Source of the DNA: Spirochaetes bacterium GWF1_51_8
Lineage (GTDB): Bacteria > Spirochaetota > Brevinematia > Brevinematales > GWF1-51-8
Direction of reading: 5' to 3'
DNA length: 64,000 nucleotides
Assembly: GCA_001829415.1 (NCBI GenBank)
Contig: MIBE01000070.1
Span: 45,041 to 109,040, forward strand
Under the pieces are notes generated by a model. The model searched no databases. It saw nothing but the letters and a program-made list of their open reading frames with translations, and was not told where the DNA came from. The position numbers were made by a program, and so were the translations under genes. Position 1 is the first letter of the stretch. Each line of letters opens with the position of its first letter. This document shows, one piece after another, positions 48,862 to 58,568 of this stretch.

Positions 48862-50555
48862 AACTTCGAGAACAGCCTCACCGCCATTTCCAACGTCTCG
48901 TCCACGGCTTTTTCGTCCGCCGCGCCCGAAAACGCGTTACGGTTGCAGGTGTCGTATATCTTCTGAAGCTCGTCCAGCGTCTGCGGGGGAGTACCTCTCT
49001 TCCCGAGTTCCGCGAGTATATCCCTGAACGCCATTCCCGCCGGAAGTCCGGTCTTATCCGTGATATAATAGAAGAGACCCTTCGACAGCGAAAGATAGAA
49101 CTCCTTGAAATTTCCCTGTTTCAGGTTCGCGCGCGAATCGTTCAGGTACTTCGAGAGCCGCTTGTTCGCGAGGAAACGCCGGGAATAGCCCGCGTCGCCG
49201 GACATCTTGTCCTTATGCCGTCCGTAGAGGAACGACGCGAACGGCGACATACCGAATAGTCCGAAGACGATCCAGACAAACGGGGGAAGGGGATTGCCCG
49301 AACGGTCCGCGATTCCGTCGAGAGGTTTCGGGGTGTAGACCGTTTTCGCGGCGGACACGCCCTTCGAAGCGGCAGCATCGATAGTCCCCCCGGGAAGCTC
49401 GATCTGCCGGGGGTTCATGTCCGTATCGAAATAATCGATCAGGATGGACGGGATTTCGTATTTGCCGGGTTTCAGCGCGAGAATGGAATACACGATCTTC
49501 TGGACGAAAATAGGGGAGTTACCCTTCCATTCCTTGAAACCGATAGATGTCTGCGGCTGGGCGATAAAAAGCCCCGGGATAGACAGGTTCTTCAACGGGT
49601 TCGAGAGGACTTTCAAGTTGCCGTTACCTTCCATCTCGAGGGTGAACGTGACCCGCTTTCCGGCGTCTGCGAGATTTGTCTCGAGCGCGGACTTCGCGCT
49701 GAGCGTGCCGATATAGGACAGCCCGGTCTTATCTGAATACTTGAACGAGTCGATTCCGATATTGTCCGCCGCAAGCAGGAGGTGGCCGTAGGGAGAGATC
49801 GCGACGATCTGCGGAGGGACGACGACGAGTGATCCGGTCTCGATCGGGAAGAGGACGTAACGCTTGACGATCTTCGGGTAATACAGCTCGCCGGAAATAG
49901 TGACCGGAGCCGAGACATTGTTCGAGACGAATGCGGTGAGGTCGTAGATCAGGTATTTATCGCCGCGGATAGTCGATGTCTCCACGAACTGCGAGTTGAG
50001 GATTTCCGGATCGGTACAGAACGCCACGGCGTCGACGATCACCGGCGTGCCCTGGAACACGCCGCTCTTCGCCGGAATGAGTTTCAGGAAAATCTCCGGC
50101 GTTTTTTGCTGGTTGTGATTGAATATTTTTTCCATGATACTGAACGGGTCGTTCTGAGTCGTACCGGCCTGTTTTGACGGCGCGGTGATCTTGATCTCGA
50201 GCGGCTGGGTCTTGTAGGACTTACCGCCCGTCTTGATTGTGAACGCCCCGATTTTAAACTTCCCCTTCGTTTTCGGGAAGAGGATAAACTTATACTCGTA
50301 TTCCACCGTCTGCGACATCTGCCCGTTAGCGTACATCATGTTCATACTCTGCGAGACGTACGGCCCCTCCAGCCTGAACATGTTCGCGGCGGGCGTGGTG
50401 ATATCCTCGGCCTTCCTGTCCATCTTGATAATAATCTGCGCTTCCTCGTTCATCGCGATAGTCTGCTGGTCGATCATGACCTCGATGCTGGGCTCGTCCG
50501 CGAAAAGCGCGGCGGCGGATAGTATTATGAACAGGATCGGAAATAATTTACGCAT
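48858..50555 (-). CDS. batD: BatD-like (oxygen tolerance) protein
   Basis: The start follows a GGAGAAG RBS, with a signal peptide. 'YEYKFILFPKTKGKFKIGAFTIKTGGKSYKTQPLEIKI' and a C-terminal TM plus helical tail fit BatD. Confidence 0.75.
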   Translation of the reverse strand: MRKLFPILFIILSAAALFADEPSIEVMIDQQTIAMNEEAQIIIKMDRKAEDITTPAANMFRLEGPYVSQSMNMMYANGQMSQTVEYEYKFILFPKTKGKFKIGAFTIKTGGKSYKTQPLEIKITAPSKQAGTTQNDPFSIMEKIFNHNQQKTPEIFLKLIPAKSGVFQGTPVIVDAVAFCTDPEILNSQFVETSTIRGDKYLIYDLTAFVSNNVSAPVTISGELYYPKIVKRYVLFPIETGSLVVVPPQIVAISPYGHLLLAADNIGIDSFKYSDKTGLSYIGTLSAKSALETNLADAGKRVTFTLEMEGNGNLKVLSNPLKNLSIPGLFIAQPQTSIGFKEWKGNSPIFVQKIVYSILALKPGKYEIPSILIDYFDTDMNPRQIELPGGTIDAAASKGVSAAKTVYTPKPLDGIADRSGNPLPPFVWIVFGLFGMSPFASFLYGRHKDKMSGDAGYSRRFLANKRLSKYLNDSRANLKQGNFKEFYLSLSKGLFYYITDKTGLPAGMAFRDILAELGKRGTPPQTLDELQKIYDTCNRNAFSGAADEKAVDETLEMAVRLFSKF

Positions 50556-51130
50556 TTTCTTCTCCGGCGGGCGGTACAACGGTTAATTCCCGCGCGAAAT
50601 AGTTTGAACGATTTTTAGGGATTCGTCAACGTATCGCGGCTAAGACACGTTCTATTGGGATTGAATTTTGACCCCAATTCTCACGGATTTCACAGATTAT
50701 ACAGATTATCACGGATAGAGCCGGAGAATCACCGCAAAGACGCGAAGGCGCAGAGAGACCCAGAGAGAAAAGGAAAAGCCGTCACCCTTCGGCATCCCGT
50801 GGAGGAACACGGGACGAGTGCTCAGGGTGACAGCTTTTTTACACGCTGTTCCTCCCGCGCACTTTGAAGCGCGTTTTACTTCCGGGAAATCCAACCAAGG
50901 GCGTAAGTCCGGTTACAAAGTTTGAAACCTATGAATTCTTCATATCGTGTTAAGCCCGACTTGGATTTTCCGGCTTTTCCCCTAAGCTTCATCTTGCGCG
51001 GCATACGCTTGTCCTGAGCGAAGTCGAAGGGTTCTTTTCTTCTTTCTTTCCTATGCGGCCTGTCCCTGAGGGATTTCCTGAGGGGGAAAGAAAGAAGATT
51101 CTTCCCGAATATCCCGGAAAATAGCAAAAT
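50556..51130. repeat. Intergenic patchwork of repeat modules (no credible CDS)
   Basis: 50652-50689 resembles 23444-23483. 50731-50759 resembles 23032-23058. 50788-50831 resembles 22768-22812. 51008-51029 is the reverse complement of 22910-22931 (21/22). 14-bp perfect IR 51048-51061 / 51095-51108. Confidence 0.75.
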
Positions 51131-51190
51131 TTTTAAAAATAGGATAAAACAAAAAATTTCTCGCTTTCAAGCGTTTTTCCCGCCTTTTTT

Positions 51191-51219
51191 TTGACTCATC
51201 CGGCTCAATCCTTTAAAAT
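51191..51219 (+). promoter_or_regulatory. sigma70-type promoter of the lytic transglycosylase gene
   Basis: TTGACT (51191-51196), 17 nt, TAAAAT (51214-51219). Confidence 0.55.
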
Positions 51220-51269
51220 AACTCACCAAAATTTAAGGAATAGGGTATTACACCTACGGGGAGGCTCCC

Positions 51270-53528
51270 ATGTTCGGTATCTTCCGGGGTGAGAAGTTTC
51301 TCAAAATTGAGTTCCTGATAAGTGCAATCCTTCTCATGTCAGCTCTGGTCTTTTCGTTCGAAAGCAAGAAGTACAAGATCGACAGCACGATTGAAAAGAA
51401 CTATGAGCAGTTAGTGGTATTTAAGGAATTGAGCGAAAAGCTGGACAACTCCGGCGGCTCGCAGGCCGTGCTCCAGAATGTCGTCGCGGGATTGAACGAG
51501 CTGAAGGCGAAGGATTTCGTGCTCAAGGGCGATGTCGACCTGAAGCTGTCGTCGGCGTACAACAAGCTCGGCGAGACCCAGAAGTCGAAAGAGCTCCTGC
51601 AGTACCTGATCGGCAACGGCGAGGACAGCGTGATCCGCGCGGACGCCGTGATGGCGCTTGCGATGCGGATGAGCTCGTATGAAAAGAACCCGTCCGGGGC
51701 GATAGCCATTCTCGAAAAACACAAGTCCTACTTCAAGGGATACCGCACCGACGAGTACTATATGACGCTCGCGTTAGAGTACAACGAGATCGGGAACCCG
51801 ATCACCGCCGCGCAGTATATCACCCTTGTGTCGTTCATCCCCAAGGACTATGAAGGCCTCTATAAAAAGCTGACCGTTATCAACTGGGCGCGTTTCACCA
51901 AGGAGACAAAGCTCCGGGTGATTATGACGTTCTACCGTTTGGAGTTCTACAAGGAAGCGGCCGACATGGTCGAACAGTATATCGCGGAGTTCAGCCCGCA
52001 CCCCAAGGAGGCCGAAGAGCTCCTTCTGGAATTAGTCACGCGCACTCAGCAGGCCTATATCGGCGAGATGCTCGACCGTCTGGCGAAGAACACAGTCTAC
52101 AAGGATGTCGCCGCCGAGATGAAGGCGTTTATCGGGCAGTCCGGCGCGGGTATCCAGAGCGATTCCGCCAAGGTGCGCGGCGCGTATTATTACAGTATGC
52201 TCAACAACCTTTCCGGCCTCAAGAGCTATAGCAGTTCCCTCGCCATGCAGTACTACGGGAATTACCTCGAGGGCGATATCGATATCGACTACGCCAAGAA
52301 AAACCTGACCCTCGCGATCCGCAACCTGCTGGCGTTCAAGAAATACTCGGATATCATCACGATCACCGCGAAGACATACGAAAAACTCGGGCTCGACCCC
52401 GCGACCGGCACGGTCGATAAGAACGTGGCGTTCTGGTACGGGTTCTGTTTGTACCGTTACGGCAAATACGACCTGGCTCTCGCCGAGTTCGAGAAGGCGA
52501 TAGCGGTGCGTCCCGACGACTACTTCGCGGGGCACGCGAAGGACTATATCCAGCGGACGCTTAAGGAACAGAAAGTTTCCCTCGAGGAGTACCTGAGCCG
52601 CCTCGAGTATCTCTATATCACCTCGTCCGATATCGCAACCAAGCTCCATTACGCAAAGGTCTTGTTCGCGTTCAGGAAGGGCTACGGCAAGGAAATACTC
52701 CGCCAGAAGATAGTCGAGATGCTTACTAAGTACTCGTACCACCCGATATTCAGCTATAACGACGAACTTGTGCGGGCGTTCCAGATGAATCCCAATTACA
52801 CGAAGTTCGTGATCTATATGCGGATAGGTTTCGAGGAGAAGGCGCGCGCGATCCTGTCCTCGGCGGGGATCAGCGATCCCGAGGTGCAGGAGTTTTTTAT
52901 CCTCAAGGAGTACATCTCCTACAGGAGTTTCGACGCCGCGGGCGCGATGTTCTATGACGAGTCGCGTGAGGGTTACCTCAACGACAACTTCGCATTCCTC
53001 TCGAAGGAACTGAAATCGCTCTATTTCCCCCAGCCCTACGACAGCGAGGTGAACGCCGCATTGGCGAGGGTGGGTAACGACCAGATCGATATGAACCTGA
53101 TCTACTCGATTATCCGGGGCGAGAGCCTGTATATGCCCAAGGCGCGTTCGTATGTCGGGGCGCAGGGGCTGATGCAGCTGATGCCCGCGACCGCCGATTG
53201 GATGTCGTCGAGCCTCCTCGGGAAAAAGGGCGTCGACCTGTACGACACCGCGATCAACATCCTTCTGGGGACGGCATACCTCAGCGACAATATCAAGGCG
53301 TACGGGTTTATGACCGCTATCGCCGCGTACAACTCGGGATACTCGATCATCAAGAAGACGAAGGACAAGTATAATCCCGAAAACGAAATGGTGCTGATGG
53401 AACTGATCCCTTATAAAGAGACCCGCGACTATATCGTGAAGATACTCCGGAACTATTTCCGTTATACGGACATCTACGAAACCGAACCGTTGAAGATCAA
53501 GTCCGCGCCCGTGAAGGCGTTAATGTAA
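51270..53528 (+). CDS. Slt-type soluble lytic murein transglycosylase with a long helical (TPR-like) N-domain
   Basis: C-terminal SLT domain 'IIRGESLYMPKARSYVGAQGLMQLMPATADWM' and 'AAYNSGYS'. Confidence 0.85.
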   Translation: MFGIFRGEKFLKIEFLISAILLMSALVFSFESKKYKIDSTIEKNYEQLVVFKELSEKLDNSGGSQAVLQNVVAGLNELKAKDFVLKGDVDLKLSSAYNKLGETQKSKELLQYLIGNGEDSVIRADAVMALAMRMSSYEKNPSGAIAILEKHKSYFKGYRTDEYYMTLALEYNEIGNPITAAQYITLVSFIPKDYEGLYKKLTVINWARFTKETKLRVIMTFYRLEFYKEAADMVEQYIAEFSPHPKEAEELLLELVTRTQQAYIGEMLDRLAKNTVYKDVAAEMKAFIGQSGAGIQSDSAKVRGAYYYSMLNNLSGLKSYSSSLAMQYYGNYLEGDIDIDYAKKNLTLAIRNLLAFKKYSDIITITAKTYEKLGLDPATGTVDKNVAFWYGFCLYRYGKYDLALAEFEKAIAVRPDDYFAGHAKDYIQRTLKEQKVSLEEYLSRLEYLYITSSDIATKLHYAKVLFAFRKGYGKEILRQKIVEMLTKYSYHPIFSYNDELVRAFQMNPNYTKFVIYMRIGFEEKARAILSSAGISDPEVQEFFILKEYISYRSFDAAGAMFYDESREGYLNDNFAFLSKELKSLYFPQPYDSEVNAALARVGNDQIDMNLIYSIIRGESLYMPKARSYVGAQGLMQLMPATADWMSSSLLGKKGVDLYDTAINILLGTAYLSDNIKAYGFMTAIAAYNSGYSIIKKTKDKYNPENEMVLMELIPYKETRDYIVKILRNYFRYTDIYETEPLKIKSAPVKALM

Positions 53529-53767
53529 TCTCCGGGGCGGCTGAGGCCGTCCGGGGCCGCATATTCTCACACCCATCTTAACACTGCGCTTGAAAACTGT
53601 TTTTCTGATACTCCTGTCTATGTTTGCGTTTTTTTAATTTTTCATGTAAAATATTAGCAGTTCTAAAAATTAAATTGTCAGGTGAATAAAAAGGTACGCG
53701 GAATGATGTGAAATCGTCCGGCGGCCGTAGATGAATAGGTACGAAGTATCTACCGAGAAGGAGCAAA

Positions 53768-54799
53768 GTGGAACAGAACCTCCCGGAGTTGAAAAAAGAC
53801 ATCTACCTGGCATTGCGAGACGGTAATCTTGCCCACGCCGAAGAGATCGCGTTAAACGCGATGGCGGAGCAGATTAACGACCCCGATCTGGAAGAGGTTC
53901 TTAAAGTAGTCCGTTTCTGGCAAAACCGCGCGGAACTTCTGAGTTTCAGCGAGGAAAGAAACAGCGGCGAAATTCTCTTCGAGGAATGGGATCGTTTCGT
54001 GCAGTTCGCCTCCGAGAACTCGCTCGGCAACAAAAAGGTGATCGGCGCGGTGAAATCGTATGTTTTCCGGACGATCATCGATATGCTGATCGAGTATTAC
54101 CGGATCAACCCGTGCAAGGACAGGCACAGTCTGGTCATGCTCGGCGAGGCGTTCTACGAGGTAGGGGAGAGCGAGAAGGCGATTCAGACCCTCGAGTACG
54201 CGCTTAGTTTTCCCGGCGACGGTAACGATATCCGTGTGTATCTCCTCCTCGGCGATATGTATGCCGAGATCGGGAACGACGAACTTGCGATGGTGATGTT
54301 CGGCGAGGCGTTCTACCTCCTCCCGCAGATGATCAACCTCGCGGAGATTACTTACGCCCCGGTCGCCAAGCTGAGGAAGAAGATCGAAGAGGACGGGTTC
54401 TCCGGCAACGAAGTGGTCGAGTGGGTTCCTGTTTACGGGTATATCTACAAGGGCCTGACGGTGCGCCGGAACCTCGAGTATCAGGACTATATGTCGCTCC
54501 AGCAGAGGATTAAAGAATACGAGAAGTCGCTTAAAATAGATAAAAAGGTTGTACAGATTATCGTCCCGCGCCTGATCAATTACTATCTCTGGGTCTTCGA
54601 TTACTACTTGTTCCAGATGAAGGCGCAGAAAGGGGCGAAGAAGGTCGCCGAACGGATTGTCGCGCTGTATGACGAGCTTCCCGAGAAGGACGCCCTGATG
54701 AAGCGGCTGAGGGAAAGGACTAAGGCGATCTGCCAGGGGCTTCTCGAGGAATACAATTCGTGGGATACGGCGGGTGCTCCGCCCCCGGAAGCAGAGTAG
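53768..54799 (+). CDS. 343-aa helical (TPR-like) protein, function unknown
   Basis: GTG start after an AAGGAG RBS. TPR-like 'GEAFYEVGESEKAIQTLEYALSF' and 'LLLGDMYAEIGNDELAMVMFGEAFYL'. Confidence 0.55.
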   Translation: MEQNLPELKKDIYLALRDGNLAHAEEIALNAMAEQINDPDLEEVLKVVRFWQNRAELLSFSEERNSGEILFEEWDRFVQFASENSLGNKKVIGAVKSYVFRTIIDMLIEYYRINPCKDRHSLVMLGEAFYEVGESEKAIQTLEYALSFPGDGNDIRVYLLLGDMYAEIGNDELAMVMFGEAFYLLPQMINLAEITYAPVAKLRKKIEEDGFSGNEVVEWVPVYGYIYKGLTVRRNLEYQDYMSLQQRIKEYEKSLKIDKKVVQIIVPRLINYYLWVFDYYLFQMKAQKGAKKVAERIVALYDELPEKDALMKRLRERTKAICQGLLEEYNSWDTAGAPPPEAE

Positions 54800-54837
54800 T
54801 GTATGTACGAAAATTCAAATAGAAAGGAATAACGCCC

Positions 54838-55752
54838 ATGTCGATAGTCGCGGTCGGTTCATTAGCGTATGACAGTATCAAGACGCCGTTCGGCGAAAGA
54901 GACCGGATTCTCGGGGGTTCGCTGACCCATTTCTCCAATGCGGCCGCGTTTCTCTCGAAGCCCAAGCTGGTAGGCGTAGTGGGCGAAGATTTCGGCCCGG
55001 GCGAATGGGACTTCCTCAAACGGAAGTCATCAGCGGTCGACGCGGTCAAGGTTCTGAACGGCGAGAAGTCGTTCTTCTGGAAAGGCTATTACACCAAAGA
55101 TTTCGATACAGCGGTGACCGAGGTCACCGAACTCAACGCGTTCGCGAAGTTCACTCCCGCGGTACCGGATAACTACCGCGCAGGCGACTATATCCTTTTC
55201 CTCGCGAATATCGACCCGTCGATGCAGCTCGAGGTCGCCAAGCAGTGCAGGAACAGCAAGCTGATCGTGCTTGACACGATGAACTACTGGATCAAGAACA
55301 CCCCCGCGTCGCTCGACGAGGCGATGAAGCATGTGGACGGGGTGATTATCAATGAAGGCGAGGCCGAGCTTTTGTCCGGCGGGGAAAAGAATATGATCCG
55401 CGCCGCCGAAAAACTCTTCCTGCCCAATTTTAAAATTCTGATCCTGAAGAAAGGCTCGCACGGCGTGATGATCTTCGGGCGGGATTTCCTTGTGACGCTC
55501 CCGGCGTTCCCGGTAAGAGAAGTGGTCGATCCGACCGGAGCCGGGGACAGTTTCGCGGGGGCGTTTGTCAGTTATATCGATTCTAACGGTCTCTACGACT
55601 TCGACCGTGACGGGATCAAGCGCGCGGCGGCTTATGCCACCGTGGTCGCTTCGTTCTCCGTGCAGGGTTTCGGGGTCGAGGGTATCGATAATATATCCCC
55701 GAGGGATGTAGACCAGAGAATGAAAGAATTTCAATCGGTTGCCAGTTTTTAA
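54838..55752 (+). CDS. PfkB-family carbohydrate kinase
   Basis: 'VAVGSLAYDSIKTP' and 'DPTGAGDSFAGAF' (PfkB signature 2). Confidence 0.85.
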   Translation: MSIVAVGSLAYDSIKTPFGERDRILGGSLTHFSNAAAFLSKPKLVGVVGEDFGPGEWDFLKRKSSAVDAVKVLNGEKSFFWKGYYTKDFDTAVTEVTELNAFAKFTPAVPDNYRAGDYILFLANIDPSMQLEVAKQCRNSKLIVLDTMNYWIKNTPASLDEAMKHVDGVIINEGEAELLSGGEKNMIRAAEKLFLPNFKILILKKGSHGVMIFGRDFLVTLPAFPVREVVDPTGAGDSFAGAFVSYIDSNGLYDFDRDGIKRAAAYATVVASFSVQGFGVEGIDNISPRDVDQRMKEFQSVASF

Positions 55753-55772
55753 TTGAGGAGGATACCCGCAAG

Positions 55773-58484
55773 ATGGCACAACAGACAGTCAAGCAGAAAG
55801 ACGATATTTTATTAGAGATCGGTGAGAAGTTAAAGGAAGAAAAATGGACTCGCGCCACGGTCGAAAACTACAGCGTCCGTAACTTTGTTGAGCTCGACAG
55901 CTATATCCGTCTGGCTATCGACGACCAGTTCAAAGAGGAACTCCGCGCGCTCTGCAAAGAGCACATCAAGGCCTCCCAGAACAGTATTGTCGGGCTTTAT
56001 GTGATCGGTCTCCTCTCTCTCGAGGAATCTTCGATCGACGACACCCATATTCCCCAGATTATCAAACTCTTTCTGGAAAACAAAAAGTATAAAATCGCCG
56101 AATTCCTCGGTGAAAAGCTCCTGTCCTACCGCGAGAGCAAGTTCGCGTTGAAAACCCTCGAGTCCATCCATGAGGAACAGGGCGACCACGACGAGCTGTT
56201 TAACGTGAAGAAGCGTCTCGTGCTGATCGACAGCAAGGACGCCGCCAACGCCAAGTTCCTCGGCGAGTTCTACGAGCACGAGGGCGATAAAGATATCGCG
56301 ATGTTCTATTACCGTCTGGCGATAGAACGTTTCATCAAGAGCAAGAGCGTCAAGATGGTCGAAGACCTCTGGAACAAGATCGTCAAGCTGTTCCCCGACG
56401 ATATGAACCTCCTGATAGGGATCGCGAGAAAGATCCGCGAAGTCATGGGCGATATGAAGGTCGCCGATATGGCGTTCTCGGATATCGTGAAACCCCAGAT
56501 GCGCGACGGCAAGTTCAAGAACGCGCTGAAAGTGCTGAAGGTCATCATCGACTACAAGTCCGACGACAAGGCGATCCGTAAAGCGATAGAAGAATGCTAC
56601 CGCAACATTTTCGAGGCGCACAGCCAGCTCGATAAATATCTCAAGGCCTGCCAGATCGGCCAGACATGGAAGCCTCACCGCGAGGCGATCCGCAACTTCG
56701 AAACGCATATCGCGTTCGACACCGGCCGTTACGTCTCCCATAAGACGTGGGGCATCGGGCTTGTCAAGGATATCCAGAACGAAGAAGTCACTATCGATTT
56801 TGAGAAAAAGAAAGAACATATCATGTCTCTCCAGATCGCCCTTCGCGCATTGACAGTTCTCGATAACGAGCACATCAATATCTGGAAGAAGTACCGCAAA
56901 GACGAGATGCTGGCGATACTTTGGCAGGAACCGCTAAAGGTCCTGACGATCATCCTGAAGAGTTACGACGGGAAGATCGCGACGAAGGATGTGAAGGTCA
57001 TTCTCGTGCCGGAGATACTCACTGAAAAGGAATGGACCCGTTGGTGGACGGCCGCCAAAGGTGAGATCGAAACGAGCAATACCGTGGTACATAGTTTGAC
57101 CGATAAGACCGCGCTCGAGTTCCGCGAAACCGAGGAATCGGTGACCGACGAACTGATCCGCAAGTTTAAGAAGACCACCAACTTCGAGAACAAGGTCAAG
57201 GTGTTCATCGACTTCGTGGTGCGCGGCGGCGATGTCAACGCGCCTCTGGCGTCGGCGCTGATCTCTTATTTCAACGAGATCGTCAAGGCGTCGAGCGAAC
57301 CGCCCGAAAGAAAGATTATTTCGCACACGGTTATGAAGTTCGGTAATGTCGAATCCCATAAGGACAGCGATATCGACGTTTCGATTCTTTTCGGGGTCAA
57401 AAATATTGTCGGCCTCTACGAGACGATCGACCAGGAAGCGCGTAAGGCCTTTCTCGATATCATCAAAAATAAACTCAAAGACTGGGAAGACCGTTTCGCG
57501 GACTTCATTCTCCAATCAGGTATTACCAAGATGCACAACTATATAGTAAAGGAATTGGTGACTTACGAGAAGTTCGAAATCCTGAACCGCATCATGATGA
57601 CCGCGATGAACAATTATCAGGAGAAGCCTGAGCTGTTCTCGTGGATAGCCCGGATGCTGATCGAAGAGGAATACCCTTCTCTCAAGGATAAGCTCGGGAT
57701 CAAGGATAACGAGATCATCTACCGCCTCGTATCGCTGATCGATATCCTCAGCAATGAGATCGAGGCGAAGACGAATGTCGGGATGAATAAAAAGGTGCGC
57801 GACCAGATCTACGACCTGATCTGGAAGAAGAAAGCGCTCGACAACTATATCATGATCGCGGACGAAAACCAGTCCAACGCGATACTATCGCTGATCTACT
57901 CGGCGAACAGTATGCAGGACAGTATCCGGAAGGAATATATCGAGAAGATCATCGCGAAGTTCCCGCACCTCGAACAGGCCGCCGGACAGGAAAAGGTGAT
58001 GATCCGTCATCCGTTCCTGGTCACGAAGCTGTCCTACGAGGCTAAGAAACGCGACCTCCAGAGGATTATGAACGAGGAGATACCCCAGAACAGCGCCGCT
58101 ATCGGCGAAGCGATGGAAAAGGGCGACCTTCGTGAAAACGCCGAATACAAGGCCGCTCTCGAGAAGCAGGATCAGTTGAAGGCCGCGGCTTCCAAGCTCG
58201 AAGCGGAACTCGGACAGGCGAAACTGATCGAGAAGGACAAGATCGACACCACCAAGGTGGATGTCGGCACGCATGTGAAACTTCAGAATCAGGACGGCGC
58301 GACGGAAGAGTACCAGATACTCGGACAATGGGAAGTCGAATTCGAGAAGAATATCATTTCCTATCATTCCCCGTTCGGAAAAGCCCTGATCGACAAGAAG
58401 GTCGGGAAGGAAGTGGACTTCGAGTTCAACGGGCAGATGAAAAAGTACAAGATTCTCGATATCTCGATTGCGGATTTCGAATAA
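55773..58484 (+). CDS. 903-aa protein with a C-terminal GreA/GreB domain (giant GreA)
   Basis: The last ~150 aa carry 'GDLRENAEYKAALEKQ' (GreA acidic-tip motif) and the GreA C-terminal globular pattern 'ISYHSPFGKALIDKKVGKEV'. The N-terminal ~740 aa are unassigned. Confidence 0.8.
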   Translation: MAQQTVKQKDDILLEIGEKLKEEKWTRATVENYSVRNFVELDSYIRLAIDDQFKEELRALCKEHIKASQNSIVGLYVIGLLSLEESSIDDTHIPQIIKLFLENKKYKIAEFLGEKLLSYRESKFALKTLESIHEEQGDHDELFNVKKRLVLIDSKDAANAKFLGEFYEHEGDKDIAMFYYRLAIERFIKSKSVKMVEDLWNKIVKLFPDDMNLLIGIARKIREVMGDMKVADMAFSDIVKPQMRDGKFKNALKVLKVIIDYKSDDKAIRKAIEECYRNIFEAHSQLDKYLKACQIGQTWKPHREAIRNFETHIAFDTGRYVSHKTWGIGLVKDIQNEEVTIDFEKKKEHIMSLQIALRALTVLDNEHINIWKKYRKDEMLAILWQEPLKVLTIILKSYDGKIATKDVKVILVPEILTEKEWTRWWTAAKGEIETSNTVVHSLTDKTALEFRETEESVTDELIRKFKKTTNFENKVKVFIDFVVRGGDVNAPLASALISYFNEIVKASSEPPERKIISHTVMKFGNVESHKDSDIDVSILFGVKNIVGLYETIDQEARKAFLDIIKNKLKDWEDRFADFILQSGITKMHNYIVKELVTYEKFEILNRIMMTAMNNYQEKPELFSWIARMLIEEEYPSLKDKLGIKDNEIIYRLVSLIDILSNEIEAKTNVGMNKKVRDQIYDLIWKKKALDNYIMIADENQSNAILSLIYSANSMQDSIRKEYIEKIIAKFPHLEQAAGQEKVMIRHPFLVTKLSYEAKKRDLQRIMNEEIPQNSAAIGEAMEKGDLRENAEYKAALEKQDQLKAAASKLEAELGQAKLIEKDKIDTTKVDVGTHVKLQNQDGATEEYQILGQWEVEFEKNIISYHSPFGKALIDKKVGKEVDFEFNGQMKKYKILDISIADFE

Positions 58485-58568
58485 GTTTTTGTGATACATA
58501 GCGCTATTTGTATTTGATGAATTGGGCAGAGCATGCCCCTTGTATTGAATAACCAAGGAGTGAAACGT

